Shown here: positions 48,278 through 57,425 of the stretch, piece after piece | How positions within the stretch are numbered: position 1 is the first letter of the stretch | Layout: every line of letters starts with the position of its first letter | Source: Gammaproteobacteria bacterium | Lineage (GTDB): Bacteria; Pseudomonadota; Gammaproteobacteria; JADZEE01 | DNA length: 64,000 nt | Assembly: GCA_965225625.1 (NCBI GenBank) | Contig: CBDDBH010000022.1 | Coordinates: 66,103 to 130,102 of the forward strand | Direction: 5' to 3' | Made by a program: the position numbers and the translations under genes | Notes under the pieces: generated by a model | The model's input: the letters and a program-made list of their open reading frames with translations, nothing else | Databases searched by the model: none | What the model was told of the DNA's origin: nothing

Positions 48278-50364
48278 ACTTTGCTTGCCTCAATGAAAAA
48301 GTCGCCCAAGTGAGTGACTTTAAGGGACCACCCGGGCGGCACAACGACGGTGGTTGTTTCCTGCTCAACCACACACGGACCTTGCACCTGTGCGCCGGCG
48401 GGAATGGCATCACCGTCACAGACACGCGCATCCGTGAACCCGCTTTCCTCAAACCATACCTGGCGGCTACTGCGTAGATATTCGCGAGCCCCGCCGCCGT
48501 CAGCGGGCCATTGCTGAGACTTTACACTCGCCACCTTACCGAACGCGGTCAGCTTGAGATTAGCCACGAACGTTGGTTCAGTTTTGTCGTGATGCGCATA
48601 CAGCGTTTCATGACGCTCGTGGAAGCGTCCGGTGATCGTCCGCAGATCTTTTTCTGAATACCCCTGGCCATTGACCGGTGGCCAGGGGATGTCGATCTGC
48701 TGATATTGACTAACATATTTCATTTCGGCCGAGAGACTGTGCTGGCGCGCCGCCGGCTCAACCTTCTCGGCGTCGAGCATCGACTCGGCGGCTCCGAGCA
48801 TTTCCCGGTACATCTCATTTATTCGTGTCCAATCAAGCTGATCCGTCGGTGTCTCCACGCTGAATACCTGATCGTGCCGGATGTCTGATATCAGGCACCC
48901 CAAGGCACACAATATACCCGACGCGCGCGGGATCAAGACCGTGTCGATGTTCATCATTTTGGCGAGCTCGACCGCATGCCCGGCACCCGCGCCGCCGCCT
49001 GCCATCAACGTATAGTCTTTGGGATTCTCGCCGCGGCGCACGCTTATTACGCCAATCGCGTCCGCCATCTTTACCATGGTCAGCGTGACTATCGCCCGCG
49101 CCATTTCTTCTATGCTCATACCCTTGGGTTCGGCGATCTTGGCAATCGCCTCGCGCGAAGCCTCAACTCCGAGTTGGATCCCGCCGGCAATGGCACTCGC
49201 GGGATTGAGCCGTCCCAGCACCAGGTTCGCGTCTGTGACGGTGGGTTCAGTGCCGCCCTTCATGTAGCACGCGGGACCGGGCGCCGCCCCGGCGCTTTGC
49301 GGCCCGACGTGCAGGCCGCCGGCCTGGTCCAGCCAGGCAATGGTGCCGCCACCGGCGCCGATTGCATGAACGTCTACCGACGGCAGGCCGACATGGTAGA
49401 CACCGGCGACTGTCTGTTCCGAGCGGACCGAGATCTGCCTGTTCTTCACCAGTGAGGCATCGAAACTGGTACCGCCCATGTCGATCGTAATGAGATTGTC
49501 GATGCCGTATTCGTTGCCAAGCCAGATTGCGGCAACGGGACCGGATGCGGGCCCCGACGCAAGTGTGCTGACCGCCTTGGTGACAATGGCATGCGGACTC
49601 ATGACGCCGCCGCTGGAGCTTACGATTAACAGTGCACCTGCATACCCCGCCGCGTGGAGCTTGGCTTCGATGCGGCTCATGTAGGTGCTGATAATCGGCC
49701 CGATATAAGCATTGACGGTGGTGCTTTGAAACCGCAGATACTCGCCCAGCGTTGGCGAGATTTGATGGGAGAGGCTCAGGTACGCTTCGGGATACTCCTC
49801 GCGGCAGATCTCAGCAGCCCGCAGTTCGTGCGCCGGGTTGCGTAACGACCAGAGAAAACAAATTGCGATAGCCGCGACATCCTCTTTAGCGAAGCGCTTT
49901 AACGCGGCGCGAACGTCCTCCTCGTTTAGCGGAGTGAGGACAGAGCCGTCCGCTTGAATGCGTTCGGTAATCGGCCGACGCAGGTTTCGCGGACATAGCG
50001 GCCGCGGCTGCGGATAGGTGTAGTCGTAGAGATATTCCAGCTCGCGCATGCCGCGCCTGACTTCGATGGTATCGCGCACACCTTTGGTGGTGAGCATGCC
50101 GACCTTGGCACCGGCGCGTTCGATAACTGCATTGGTCGTCACCGTAGTGCCATGACAGATCCGGCTGACGTTGCCGAGGAACTCGCGCAGCGTCAGCTCG
50201 TTCGCGGTTGCGGCCTGCTCCAACGCATCGGTAAACCCGATTGATTGATCTGCCGGCGTGGTCGGTGTTTTGACGAGAGTGCGATTACCGTGTCCGTCGA
50301 TCGCGACGAGATCGGTGTAGGTGCCGCCGATATCAATACCGACGTCGAAGCGTTGATCGGTCAT
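48274..50364 (-). CDS. hydantoinase A/oxoprolinase-family protein (HyuA-like)
   Basis: FDVGIDIGGTYTDLV N-terminal ASKHA fold. 4-bp overlap with the HyuB-like gene. Confidence 0.85.
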   Translation of the reverse strand: MTDQRFDVGIDIGGTYTDLVAIDGHGNRTLVKTPTTPADQSIGFTDALEQAATANELTLREFLGNVSRICHGTTVTTNAVIERAGAKVGMLTTKGVRDTIEVRRGMRELEYLYDYTYPQPRPLCPRNLRRPITERIQADGSVLTPLNEEDVRAALKRFAKEDVAAIAICFLWSLRNPAHELRAAEICREEYPEAYLSLSHQISPTLGEYLRFQSTTVNAYIGPIISTYMSRIEAKLHAAGYAGALLIVSSSGGVMSPHAIVTKAVSTLASGPASGPVAAIWLGNEYGIDNLITIDMGGTSFDASLVKNRQISVRSEQTVAGVYHVGLPSVDVHAIGAGGGTIAWLDQAGGLHVGPQSAGAAPGPACYMKGGTEPTVTDANLVLGRLNPASAIAGGIQLGVEASREAIAKIAEPKGMSIEEMARAIVTLTMVKMADAIGVISVRRGENPKDYTLMAGGGAGAGHAVELAKMMNIDTVLIPRASGILCALGCLISDIRHDQVFSVETPTDQLDWTRINEMYREMLGAAESMLDAEKVEPAARQHSLSAEMKYVSQYQQIDIPWPPVNGQGYSEKDLRTITGRFHERHETLYAHHDKTEPTFVANLKLTAFGKVASVKSQQWPADGGGAREYLRSSRQVWFEESGFTDARVCDGDAIPAGAQVQGPCVVEQETTTVVVPPGWSLKVTHLGDFFIEASKV

Positions 50365-50432
50365 CGGCCCATTCTACCGAAATAGAAGGCCTACTCACCA
50401 TTACGATTGAGCATTGGTCAGTTGATGATCAC

Positions 50433-52058
50433 TCACATATTTGCGCTCACTTCCCCTTTCTCCCACATCTGGCGTAACGCGAACTTCTGAACTTTGCCGG
50501 ATCCGGTGAGCGGAAACGCGTCCACGCGTATCCATATTTTGGGTACTTTATGGGCGGCAATCTGTTCCCGTACAAAACCGCTTAACGCTTCGCCGTTGAC
50601 GCTGGAACCCGATTTAATACGCAAAAAGGCTGCGACTTGCTCGCCCCATTTATCATCGGGTATGCCAACCACGGCGACATCGATTACGTCTGGATGACTG
50701 AATAGAAGTTCCTCGATTTCGCGCGGATAAATATTCTCCCCGCCGCGCACAATCATATCTTTTAGCCTGCCTGTCACGCGGCAGTAGCCACGCTCGTCCA
50801 TGCTGCATAAATCTCCCGTATGCAACCAACCATCCGCATCGACGGCTTCGGCCGTCTCGTCAGGCATGTCGTAATACTCTTTCATCACACCGTATCCGCG
50901 CGCACACAGCTCACCGGATCGGCCGACGGGCAGAGTGCTGCCGTTGTGTGGATCGACAATCTTCACTTCGGTTTGCGGCAAGGGGTAGCCAATGGTTTCG
51001 GATTTGTCCTGTGGTGTATCTTCGAGGCTGGTCTGGGTAATGATCGGTGAGCATTCGGTCAAACCGTAGACGTTAGTGAACCCTTCAGTTACTAATTCCT
51101 CGTAGCGGCGCACGAGTTCGGCGGGCGCGATGGATCCACCGGTCAGTACTGTACGCAGCGACGTAAGATCCCGGGTTATAAAGTCAGGATGTTCCTCGAT
51201 GCTCACAAGCATCGTCGGTACGCCGCTCACAACGTCCGCGTGCTCGCTTTCGATAAGCTCCAGTACCAGCCCGGGATCGAAATGCTCCACCAGTACCAGA
51301 GTCGCCAACGACTGATGCGCACCCAGCGTACTGCCGACACATCCGGAAGCGTGAAACTGTGGTAGCGGTGAGACGAGAACCGAGCCGGCGCGCATACGCC
51401 AGCGTTGGGCCACGAAGCGGGAATTGTTGGTGATCCCGTGATGCCGCAGTACCACCCCTTTGGGGAACCCGGTGGTGCCGGAGGTGTACTGGATCAGTGC
51501 AGCGTCATCCGTGCTGACCGTGGGTAAGGTTTGCGCGGAGTCGCCGCTTCGTAGGAATTCGGCCCAATCTGCGAAATCGAAGGTTTCGCGTAGTGCTGGT
51601 AATTTGGCTCGCACCGCCGCTACGGTCTGCGTCATTTGATTGCCGCGAAATTCACTGACATGGAATAGACCTGCGGCGCGCGATTGACGCAGTACGTATT
51701 CCAGTTCCTTTGGTTTATACGTTGGGTTCGCCGTGACCAGCACGATTCCGGCCAGACCGGCGCCATATTCCACAAACACCCACTCCGGAACGTTGTTGGC
51801 CCACACTGCGATGTGCTCACCGGGTTTGAAATGAGCGAGTAAGGCGCGGGCAACCTGTTCGGATATCTCGAACAGCTCTGGAAATGTCCAGCGATGCCGC
51901 AGCGCCACAGTCGTCGCTCCGGCAACCAGCGCGGTACGCTGTGGCGCAGCAGCCGCGGCGTCACGTAATACGCTGCCAATGGTAGTTTCGAAGACCGGTT
52001 CCGATGTGTCCGCCGGCCAGTGGGACTCGGTTAAATTCATGCGCCGGCGTATGTCCAC
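50433..52058 (-). CDS. AMP-dependent acyl-CoA synthetase/ligase
   Basis: YTSGTTGFPKGV and GYGLTE motifs. Alternative start MNLTESHW at 52040. Confidence 0.8.
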   Translation of the reverse strand: MDIRRRMNLTESHWPADTSEPVFETTIGSVLRDAAAAAPQRTALVAGATTVALRHRWTFPELFEISEQVARALLAHFKPGEHIAVWANNVPEWVFVEYGAGLAGIVLVTANPTYKPKELEYVLRQSRAAGLFHVSEFRGNQMTQTVAAVRAKLPALRETFDFADWAEFLRSGDSAQTLPTVSTDDAALIQYTSGTTGFPKGVVLRHHGITNNSRFVAQRWRMRAGSVLVSPLPQFHASGCVGSTLGAHQSLATLVLVEHFDPGLVLELIESEHADVVSGVPTMLVSIEEHPDFITRDLTSLRTVLTGGSIAPAELVRRYEELVTEGFTNVYGLTECSPIITQTSLEDTPQDKSETIGYPLPQTEVKIVDPHNGSTLPVGRSGELCARGYGVMKEYYDMPDETAEAVDADGWLHTGDLCSMDERGYCRVTGRLKDMIVRGGENIYPREIEELLFSHPDVIDVAVVGIPDDKWGEQVAAFLRIKSGSSVNGEALSGFVREQIAAHKVPKIWIRVDAFPLTGSGKVQKFALRQMWEKGEVSANM

Positions 52059-52232
52059 AAAGAAATGATTAAGCTTGGATCATTGCCGCTCCCATCGTCA
52101 AGCACAGCGACAGCCTGTGCAAGTAACGAAGCGTTCAACCTGCGTAAATGCGGTATGCGTAAATGGCGGATCTGAATTAGTTTTCAAGGCAACGGTTTGT
52201 GAAATTTTTAATTACTCGGGCATACTTCGCAG

Positions 52233-52892
52233 ATGATCACGAGTGAATTGAAGGGCGAGGTCGAGGTTCTCACGCTGGATCGGTCGCCAGTCAACGCGTT
52301 TAATTTTGGGATGCTGGAGCGCGTTACAGAAGCGATTTTCTTGGCGCCCCAGCGCGCTGCGGCCGTGTTGCTTACCGGCTCGGGCAATTGCTTTACTGCC
52401 GGTCTGGATATCAAGATGTTTAACAAACTTAGTGCCAGTGAACGCGATGAACTACAGAGCAAATTGGACGAGATTGTTGATGCATTCGCGCTGTGCCCAA
52501 TCCCCATTGCGGCAGCCATCAACGGCCATGCGATAGGACTTGGCGCGATATTAATCGCGTTGGCCGACTATCGGGTTGCGAGTCAGGGAGAGTTGCAGAT
52601 ATTTTTACCCGAGGTCAAAGTAGGGCTGGTACTGCCGCAGCGGGTCCATAACATTATTAGCCGTCTGGTTGGTAGCAGGCGCGCCGACCGCCTAATTGTT
52701 GAAGGTTTTACGCTGTCGTCCGAACAGGCTTTAGCGTGGGGATACCTCGATGAGCTGTTACCAGCCGAAGGGCTGATGCAGGCTGCGGATGCCTGGTGCC
52801 GGAACATCTTGGCGCTGCCTCGGGAAATTATGCTGGAAACACGCGCGCAGGCACGTGCCGACATCCGAGCCATTGTTGAAAAGACAGTGTGA
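52233..52892 (+). CDS. enoyl-CoA hydratase/isomerase (crotonase) family protein
   Basis: Crotonase fold with oxyanion-hole region GSGNCFTAGLDIK. Confidence 0.7.
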   Translation: MITSELKGEVEVLTLDRSPVNAFNFGMLERVTEAIFLAPQRAAAVLLTGSGNCFTAGLDIKMFNKLSASERDELQSKLDEIVDAFALCPIPIAAAINGHAIGLGAILIALADYRVASQGELQIFLPEVKVGLVLPQRVHNIISRLVGSRRADRLIVEGFTLSSEQALAWGYLDELLPAEGLMQAADAWCRNILALPREIMLETRAQARADIRAIVEKTV

Positions 52893-53123
52893 CCGCTCGC
52901 GCATTGGGACGCGGCGGAACGGTTTGTTAGCACGGGGACCGATGGAGGACCGAGAGCTGGCGGATATCATTCTGAGAGGGTTGGAGGACACAAGAGTATT
53001 GTCTCCACCGGAAAAAATCGCTGCTTATGCGTGGATTTATCTCCTGCTGAAAACGGGTGAGCTCGCCTATATGCGTTATCGTAAGACCAGAAAGCTTGGA
53101 CCCGCGGCGTCTGTTTCGAACCG

Positions 53124-54395
53124 TCACAACGGTTCAAAATTCTCCCTTGGAACCTCGACCAGACTTTTCTGGTCTGCGATAACCGACGCCGCCCGTACGG
53201 CCTGGGAATGTGCTTGCAGACCTGGCATGTCGCCTCCGGTCTGGTTCGCCTTTGCGGCTCTTAACAGGCGCCGTCGGGTGACAATGATGCCGTCATCACT
53301 GGATACCAGATTCTCAGCACTGCGATCCGCAACTCGCCCCTGACTTTCCTGCACCGCCGTATCCTGCATCGCAAAACTTGGAATGCCGGTGAAGCTCACC
53401 CCGGCGCGCTGTGCTTGCCGATCTTGAAGGTAGTCGTTGTTACGATTTGCGTTGCCCTGGTGAGTCCCGGGGACGAACTCCACATGCAATCCGCCGCCGT
53501 TGCGCATTGCCTCACGCTCCATCGTGCTGAACGGTCTATCAATGTAGTAATTGACCGCCCAACTCCAGCACGAGTAATCATCAACCGGTACCCATGCCTG
53601 AGCGTTGAGACTGAGATCTCCCAGGGGAGCAATGATGTTAAAGCAGGGGAAAATAAACTGGGTGACGCGCCAGTAATATTGACCTTCGCCGGCGTCACGA
53701 CGCGCACCAAGCATCAGGCCACCATCGGTTTCAAGCGTTTCGTAGCGCGGATTGTGATCGCTTGCGAGGATATCGAGGATGCGCGAATCCTTGCCTAATC
53801 CTCCAGTCCCCATCACCGGATCGTCGCTCAATGTACCGCGGTGGAGAAAAGAAAGATGACTGGAGTCGAGCCCACCTTCCATTACCTGCAGATAGTTACA
53901 CTCCTGAAGTCGCTTGGACACGAACAGGTTGTCGACGGGTAAGCCGGCCCATTCCAATGCGGGTGGCGACGGTCGTAACGCTGGCGCACCCATGTATACC
54001 CAGATAACACCGCCGCGTTCGAGCGTCGGATATGCGGTCAGGCGTATCTTGTCTCTAAACTTGTTCTCGGCCGGTTCCGACGGGACATCCAAACAGCGCC
54101 CGTTAACGTCGAAGTGCCAACCGTGGTAGGCGCAACGGATCCCGCAATCTTCGACCCGGCCAAAGTATAGAGACGCTTGCCGGTGCGCACAGGCCTCCGC
54201 GATGATACCGACATTGCCCGCAGAGTCGCGAAAGGCCAGCAGTTGTTCGCCGAGCAAGGGTATGCGTACCGGCGGGCAATCCGGGGTCGGTAGTTCCTCT
54301 ACCGTCAGCGCGGGCAACCAATAACGCCGAAACAGCGCACCCATCGGTGTGCCTGCATTGGTGCGCGTTAAGGTGTCGTTGTTTTCGTGCTTCAT
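53124..54395 (-). CDS. alpha-only Rieske oxygenase (phthalate-dioxygenase/VanA/GbcA-like class)
   Basis: Rieske motif CAHRQASLYFG...CAYHGWHF with the N-terminal GTPMGALFRRYWLPA typical of the PDO-type subfamily. Confidence 0.8.
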   Translation of the reverse strand: MKHENNDTLTRTNAGTPMGALFRRYWLPALTVEELPTPDCPPVRIPLLGEQLLAFRDSAGNVGIIAEACAHRQASLYFGRVEDCGIRCAYHGWHFDVNGRCLDVPSEPAENKFRDKIRLTAYPTLERGGVIWVYMGAPALRPSPPALEWAGLPVDNLFVSKRLQECNYLQVMEGGLDSSHLSFLHRGTLSDDPVMGTGGLGKDSRILDILASDHNPRYETLETDGGLMLGARRDAGEGQYYWRVTQFIFPCFNIIAPLGDLSLNAQAWVPVDDYSCWSWAVNYYIDRPFSTMEREAMRNGGGLHVEFVPGTHQGNANRNNDYLQDRQAQRAGVSFTGIPSFAMQDTAVQESQGRVADRSAENLVSSDDGIIVTRRRLLRAAKANQTGGDMPGLQAHSQAVRAASVIADQKSLVEVPRENFEPL

Positions 54396-54511
54396 TGGCT
54401 TAGGCTGGCGCGCACTGATAAAGGCGAGCGTGTGGAATATGCCAACAGTTGGCGAGCCGCACCCGCGCGCACCGTGCCGATACTAATAAATGTAAACGTA
54501 TCGGCCGTGCT

Positions 54512-55036
54512 TTACCCTGCCTCGACCGATAAACCGATAACAACCGCCGTGGAGCAGTGATACACCGCGCTCTTGGTGCCCAGGCACCAATCGATGTCGT
54601 TGCTCTTCTGGGGACGGTACATCGGCTCTTCACGCTCGTTGCGATTACAGACACAACGGCCACAACTGCTCTTGCCACAACAATCGTTATACGAAATGAC
54701 GTAATCCTTGCCATCCGCGGGGTTGAGGCAGGTCCCTATCCAGGTGATGGGCGAGGGCTCGGTGCCAGGTGGGCATTGCGTTTGTGAACCGCCGCAACAG
54801 GCGCACAGGAAACCATCGATCGCACAATGGCGCCAGTATTCGCAGGTCCCCGGATCACCCGGATCTTCGGCGGGCCCGGGCGCGCGTGACGGCGACTCTG
54901 CGCGTGCGATCGGTAATACAGGAATGGTCGCAGCGCCGACCATGGCGGTGCCGAACTTGGATAGAAAACTGCGTCGGGAAGTCTGCCGTGCAAGGTTGCG
55001 TGAGAAACGTTCGGACCAACGGTCTAACCAGTTCAT
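54512..55036 (-). CDS. mauA: methylamine/aromatic-amine dehydrogenase light (TTQ-bearing) subunit
   Basis: Tat leader TSRRSFLSKFGTAMVGAATIPVLPIAR, near-identical in pattern to known MauA leaders. Mature domain CEYWRHCAIDG...CPPGT...YNDCCG...PMYRP...NDIDWCLG...YHC carries both TTQ tryptophans and a Cys-rich disulfide core. Confidence 0.88.
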   Translation of the reverse strand: MNWLDRWSERFSRNLARQTSRRSFLSKFGTAMVGAATIPVLPIARAESPSRAPGPAEDPGDPGTCEYWRHCAIDGFLCACCGGSQTQCPPGTEPSPITWIGTCLNPADGKDYVISYNDCCGKSSCGRCVCNRNEREEPMYRPQKSNDIDWCLGTKSAVYHCSTAVVIGLSVEAG

Positions 55037-55071
55037 AGTGTGAAGCCTCGTTGCGGTAACAGATTGCAGTC

Positions 55072-56214
55072 TTAGGGAGTTTGGATCACGGTCAGCGTAC
55101 TGGTCGCGCTCAGTTCAACACCGCGCAGACGTTTACCGGTTTTTGCGTCTAACACCTGTAGTTCCGGGCTTTCCAAATTGACGGTATACAGTAGTGGTTT
55201 GTCGTCGCTGCTCACGTTGACCGAGGTCGCATGATGTTCTAGTTCGATACGCTGCACACGCTTCTTTGAGACAAGGTCGTATACCCAGATCTGCTCGGCC
55301 GGTGCTTTGTGTGAGCCGGGCCCGCCCTGATGCATAAGCACGTACATCCTTTTGCTCGCGCTGTGGATGGCGAAGAGCTGATAGCCACCAGGCAGCCAGT
55401 TGTCGGTGCGATCAGCGTCTGTTTGCAGTGACCATGGTTTGGCCAATTTCGGGGTTGCGCCGGCGCCGTCGAATGCGTAGACATCGCCCTGGAAGGATAG
55501 GAAATACCACGTCGAACCGTCTCTTACCGCATCCTCATTGACCAGATCCTTGGACGGGTCGAAAAGCTGTTTGCTCCGCGACTTCTTCGCCGCCTTGCCT
55601 GTATCGTCCAGCGTAATGGTCAGCAGGCTGCCGTCGGCACAAAGCATATGTACGTTGCGCGCATCGCCCGGGTATACGAAAGCGCAGCCGGCCGTGTCGA
55701 TCTCGCCAATGAATTTGCGCGCTTTGGTATCGACTACGGTCACAGTTTGCGCCGGCGTGAAGTTGTAGCTGAGCAGAAAACGGTCGTCGTCGGTTAAACC
55801 CATGTGCACGAGCGTGGGGATACTCAACAGTTGTTTCGGCGGCAAGATTACCTCGCCAACGGCGTCCAGAGTCGTTGGATCGAAGATGCTGAGTACGTCC
55901 GTGCGTACCCCGCGGGTGCCGCGCGAATAAAATGTATCGGTCGAATAGATGACGCTGTAGTCCGAAGGCATCAGCAGCGCATCGTGGAAGCCGCCGGTGG
56001 ACAACATGCCCAGGACGGAGCCATCGTCTGCGTTCACCAGGTAGGCGCGACCGTCGATCATGTTGAAAAAGGCGATGTCGTTAACCCAGACCCAGTGCGG
56101 GTCGAGTTTCGCCGGTAGTTTGGCAACGCTGATCTGTTCAGGTTTCAGTTCCGCCTGTGACACCGATGACCAGAAGATCAAACTTAGCGCGAGGACTGAG
56201 AATAGTCGTGCCAT
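55072..56214 (-). CDS. mauB: amine dehydrogenase heavy subunit (7-bladed beta-propeller)
   Basis: Sec signal MARLFSVLALSLIFWSSVSQA. A 380 aa propeller-sized protein 36 bp upstream of mauA in the same orientation. Confidence 0.7.
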   Translation of the reverse strand: MARLFSVLALSLIFWSSVSQAELKPEQISVAKLPAKLDPHWVWVNDIAFFNMIDGRAYLVNADDGSVLGMLSTGGFHDALLMPSDYSVIYSTDTFYSRGTRGVRTDVLSIFDPTTLDAVGEVILPPKQLLSIPTLVHMGLTDDDRFLLSYNFTPAQTVTVVDTKARKFIGEIDTAGCAFVYPGDARNVHMLCADGSLLTITLDDTGKAAKKSRSKQLFDPSKDLVNEDAVRDGSTWYFLSFQGDVYAFDGAGATPKLAKPWSLQTDADRTDNWLPGGYQLFAIHSASKRMYVLMHQGGPGSHKAPAEQIWVYDLVSKKRVQRIELEHHATSVNVSSDDKPLLYTVNLESPELQVLDAKTGKRLRGVELSATSTLTVIQTP

Positions 56215-56320
56215 AGTGCTATCCGCCTAGTGTGGTGAAGCTGAGAACATGAATTGTCGTGGGTTCACTCGTGCGTATCAAGTGGTTGCCGTACCAGCAG
56301 GCCGGCGGGCCAGATAATCA

Positions 56321-57127
56321 TCAAGCTTGCTCCCACCAACTGATGACCTGCCAGGTATTGCCGTCCACTGCCGGCAACGCCCGTTCGCCGGTTTTGTAGT
56401 CCGCCAGCCAACTCAGGGCAAGCGTTTCACCTTCGCGCCACGGCAACGTTGACAGTCGAATTATGTAGTCGTCGTCTGCAGAATCGCGCTGCGTGTAAGA
56501 GAATTCGCAATCGACCAACGCCCTCACTACATCGAGATCCTCTTTTGCCAGCTCTGCCAATATCGGCAGGGCAACTTCGGCATCGATGGGTTGCACACGA
56601 TCGCGCGCGAACACTGCGTGCGTGTCGGTTACCAACAGGCAGGTCTTCGACGCAGCGTTTTCCAGTACGAGGTGTGCGGCGAATGATTGCGATGCAGATT
56701 CCACTCGCCAGTCTTCTTCGTAGGCACCACTTGGCGCCCACTCGATCATGCAAGCGTTGTTCTCGCACCATTGGAACCAACCCGGCTCTGGAAAATTGAC
56801 GACGGGTTGCAGCGTAAAACCATGCCCACCGGGCGCCCAGTTCGCGGTCGGATACGGCTTCGCGTCCACGTCGCAGGTTGTTATCACACAGGAGCAATCT
56901 TGCGCCGCCAGTGCCAATAATTCGTCATAGTTGCACGCGGCGAGCGCATCACGGTCGGACAAATCTGGACGGTCCGCGGGGATCCGCATGTCGGCGGCTG
57001 CGGACGAGGTTTGCAACCACAGCACGCGCGTGGAGGTGTCTTCGTCACCGTTTTTGTAACGAATGTATCGCCGTCGCCAGCAACCGATCATCTCGGCGGG
57101 GACGGTGGGGGCGGCCTTATTCTGCAT
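56321..57127 (-). CDS. Cys-rich cytoplasmic hypothetical protein at the head of the mauBA transcription unit
   Basis: 268 aa, no signal peptide, Cys clusters (DCSCVITTCD, WCENNACMIEW), no CxxCH; no family recognised. Confidence 0.45.
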   Translation of the reverse strand: MQNKAAPTVPAEMIGCWRRRYIRYKNGDEDTSTRVLWLQTSSAAADMRIPADRPDLSDRDALAACNYDELLALAAQDCSCVITTCDVDAKPYPTANWAPGGHGFTLQPVVNFPEPGWFQWCENNACMIEWAPSGAYEEDWRVESASQSFAAHLVLENAASKTCLLVTDTHAVFARDRVQPIDAEVALPILAELAKEDLDVVRALVDCEFSYTQRDSADDDYIIRLSTLPWREGETLALSWLADYKTGERALPAVDGNTWQVISWWEQA

Positions 57128-57160
57128 TTGATTCTGTTTGATCGAGGGAAGGTTTTATTA

Positions 57161-57423
57161 CCCCTCACCCGACCGCCATGGATGGCGGAAATGCAGGTAA
57201 TGCAGGAGCATTTACCTGCCAGCCCTCTCCCGCCAAGGGAGAGGGAGTTGTATAGGCCTCCCGCAAGGGGAGAAGGGACCCGTGGTTTTAGCCCCTTTCC
57301 CTTTGCGGGAGAGGGGTTGGCAACCGCTTCTCGGCTCTAGCTCCTGCTTCGCTCTAGCTCCTAGGTCCTGTAGTCGTGCGTTGTCTGCATTTCCGCCATC
57401 CATGACGGTCGGGTGAGGGGTCT
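57161..57423. mobile_element. MITE-like element (~265 bp) with 37-bp terminal inverted repeats ACCCCTCACCCGACCGCCATGGATGGCGGAAATGCAG (36/37 match) and internal nested hairpins plus a GCTCTAGCTCCT tandem repeat
   Basis: Read directly. The arms themselves contain the palindrome CCGCCATGGATGGCGG. The element fills the intergenic region between the hypothetical gene start and the agmatinase stop. Confidence 0.55.
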
Positions 57424-57425
57424 AT

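Noticed and set aside
52789-53343. 184-aa plus-strand ORF after the crotonase gene
   Set aside because: Most of it overlaps the well-supported minus-strand Rieske oxygenase. At best a short ~60 aa N-terminal part (from about 52942) could be real. No motif support.
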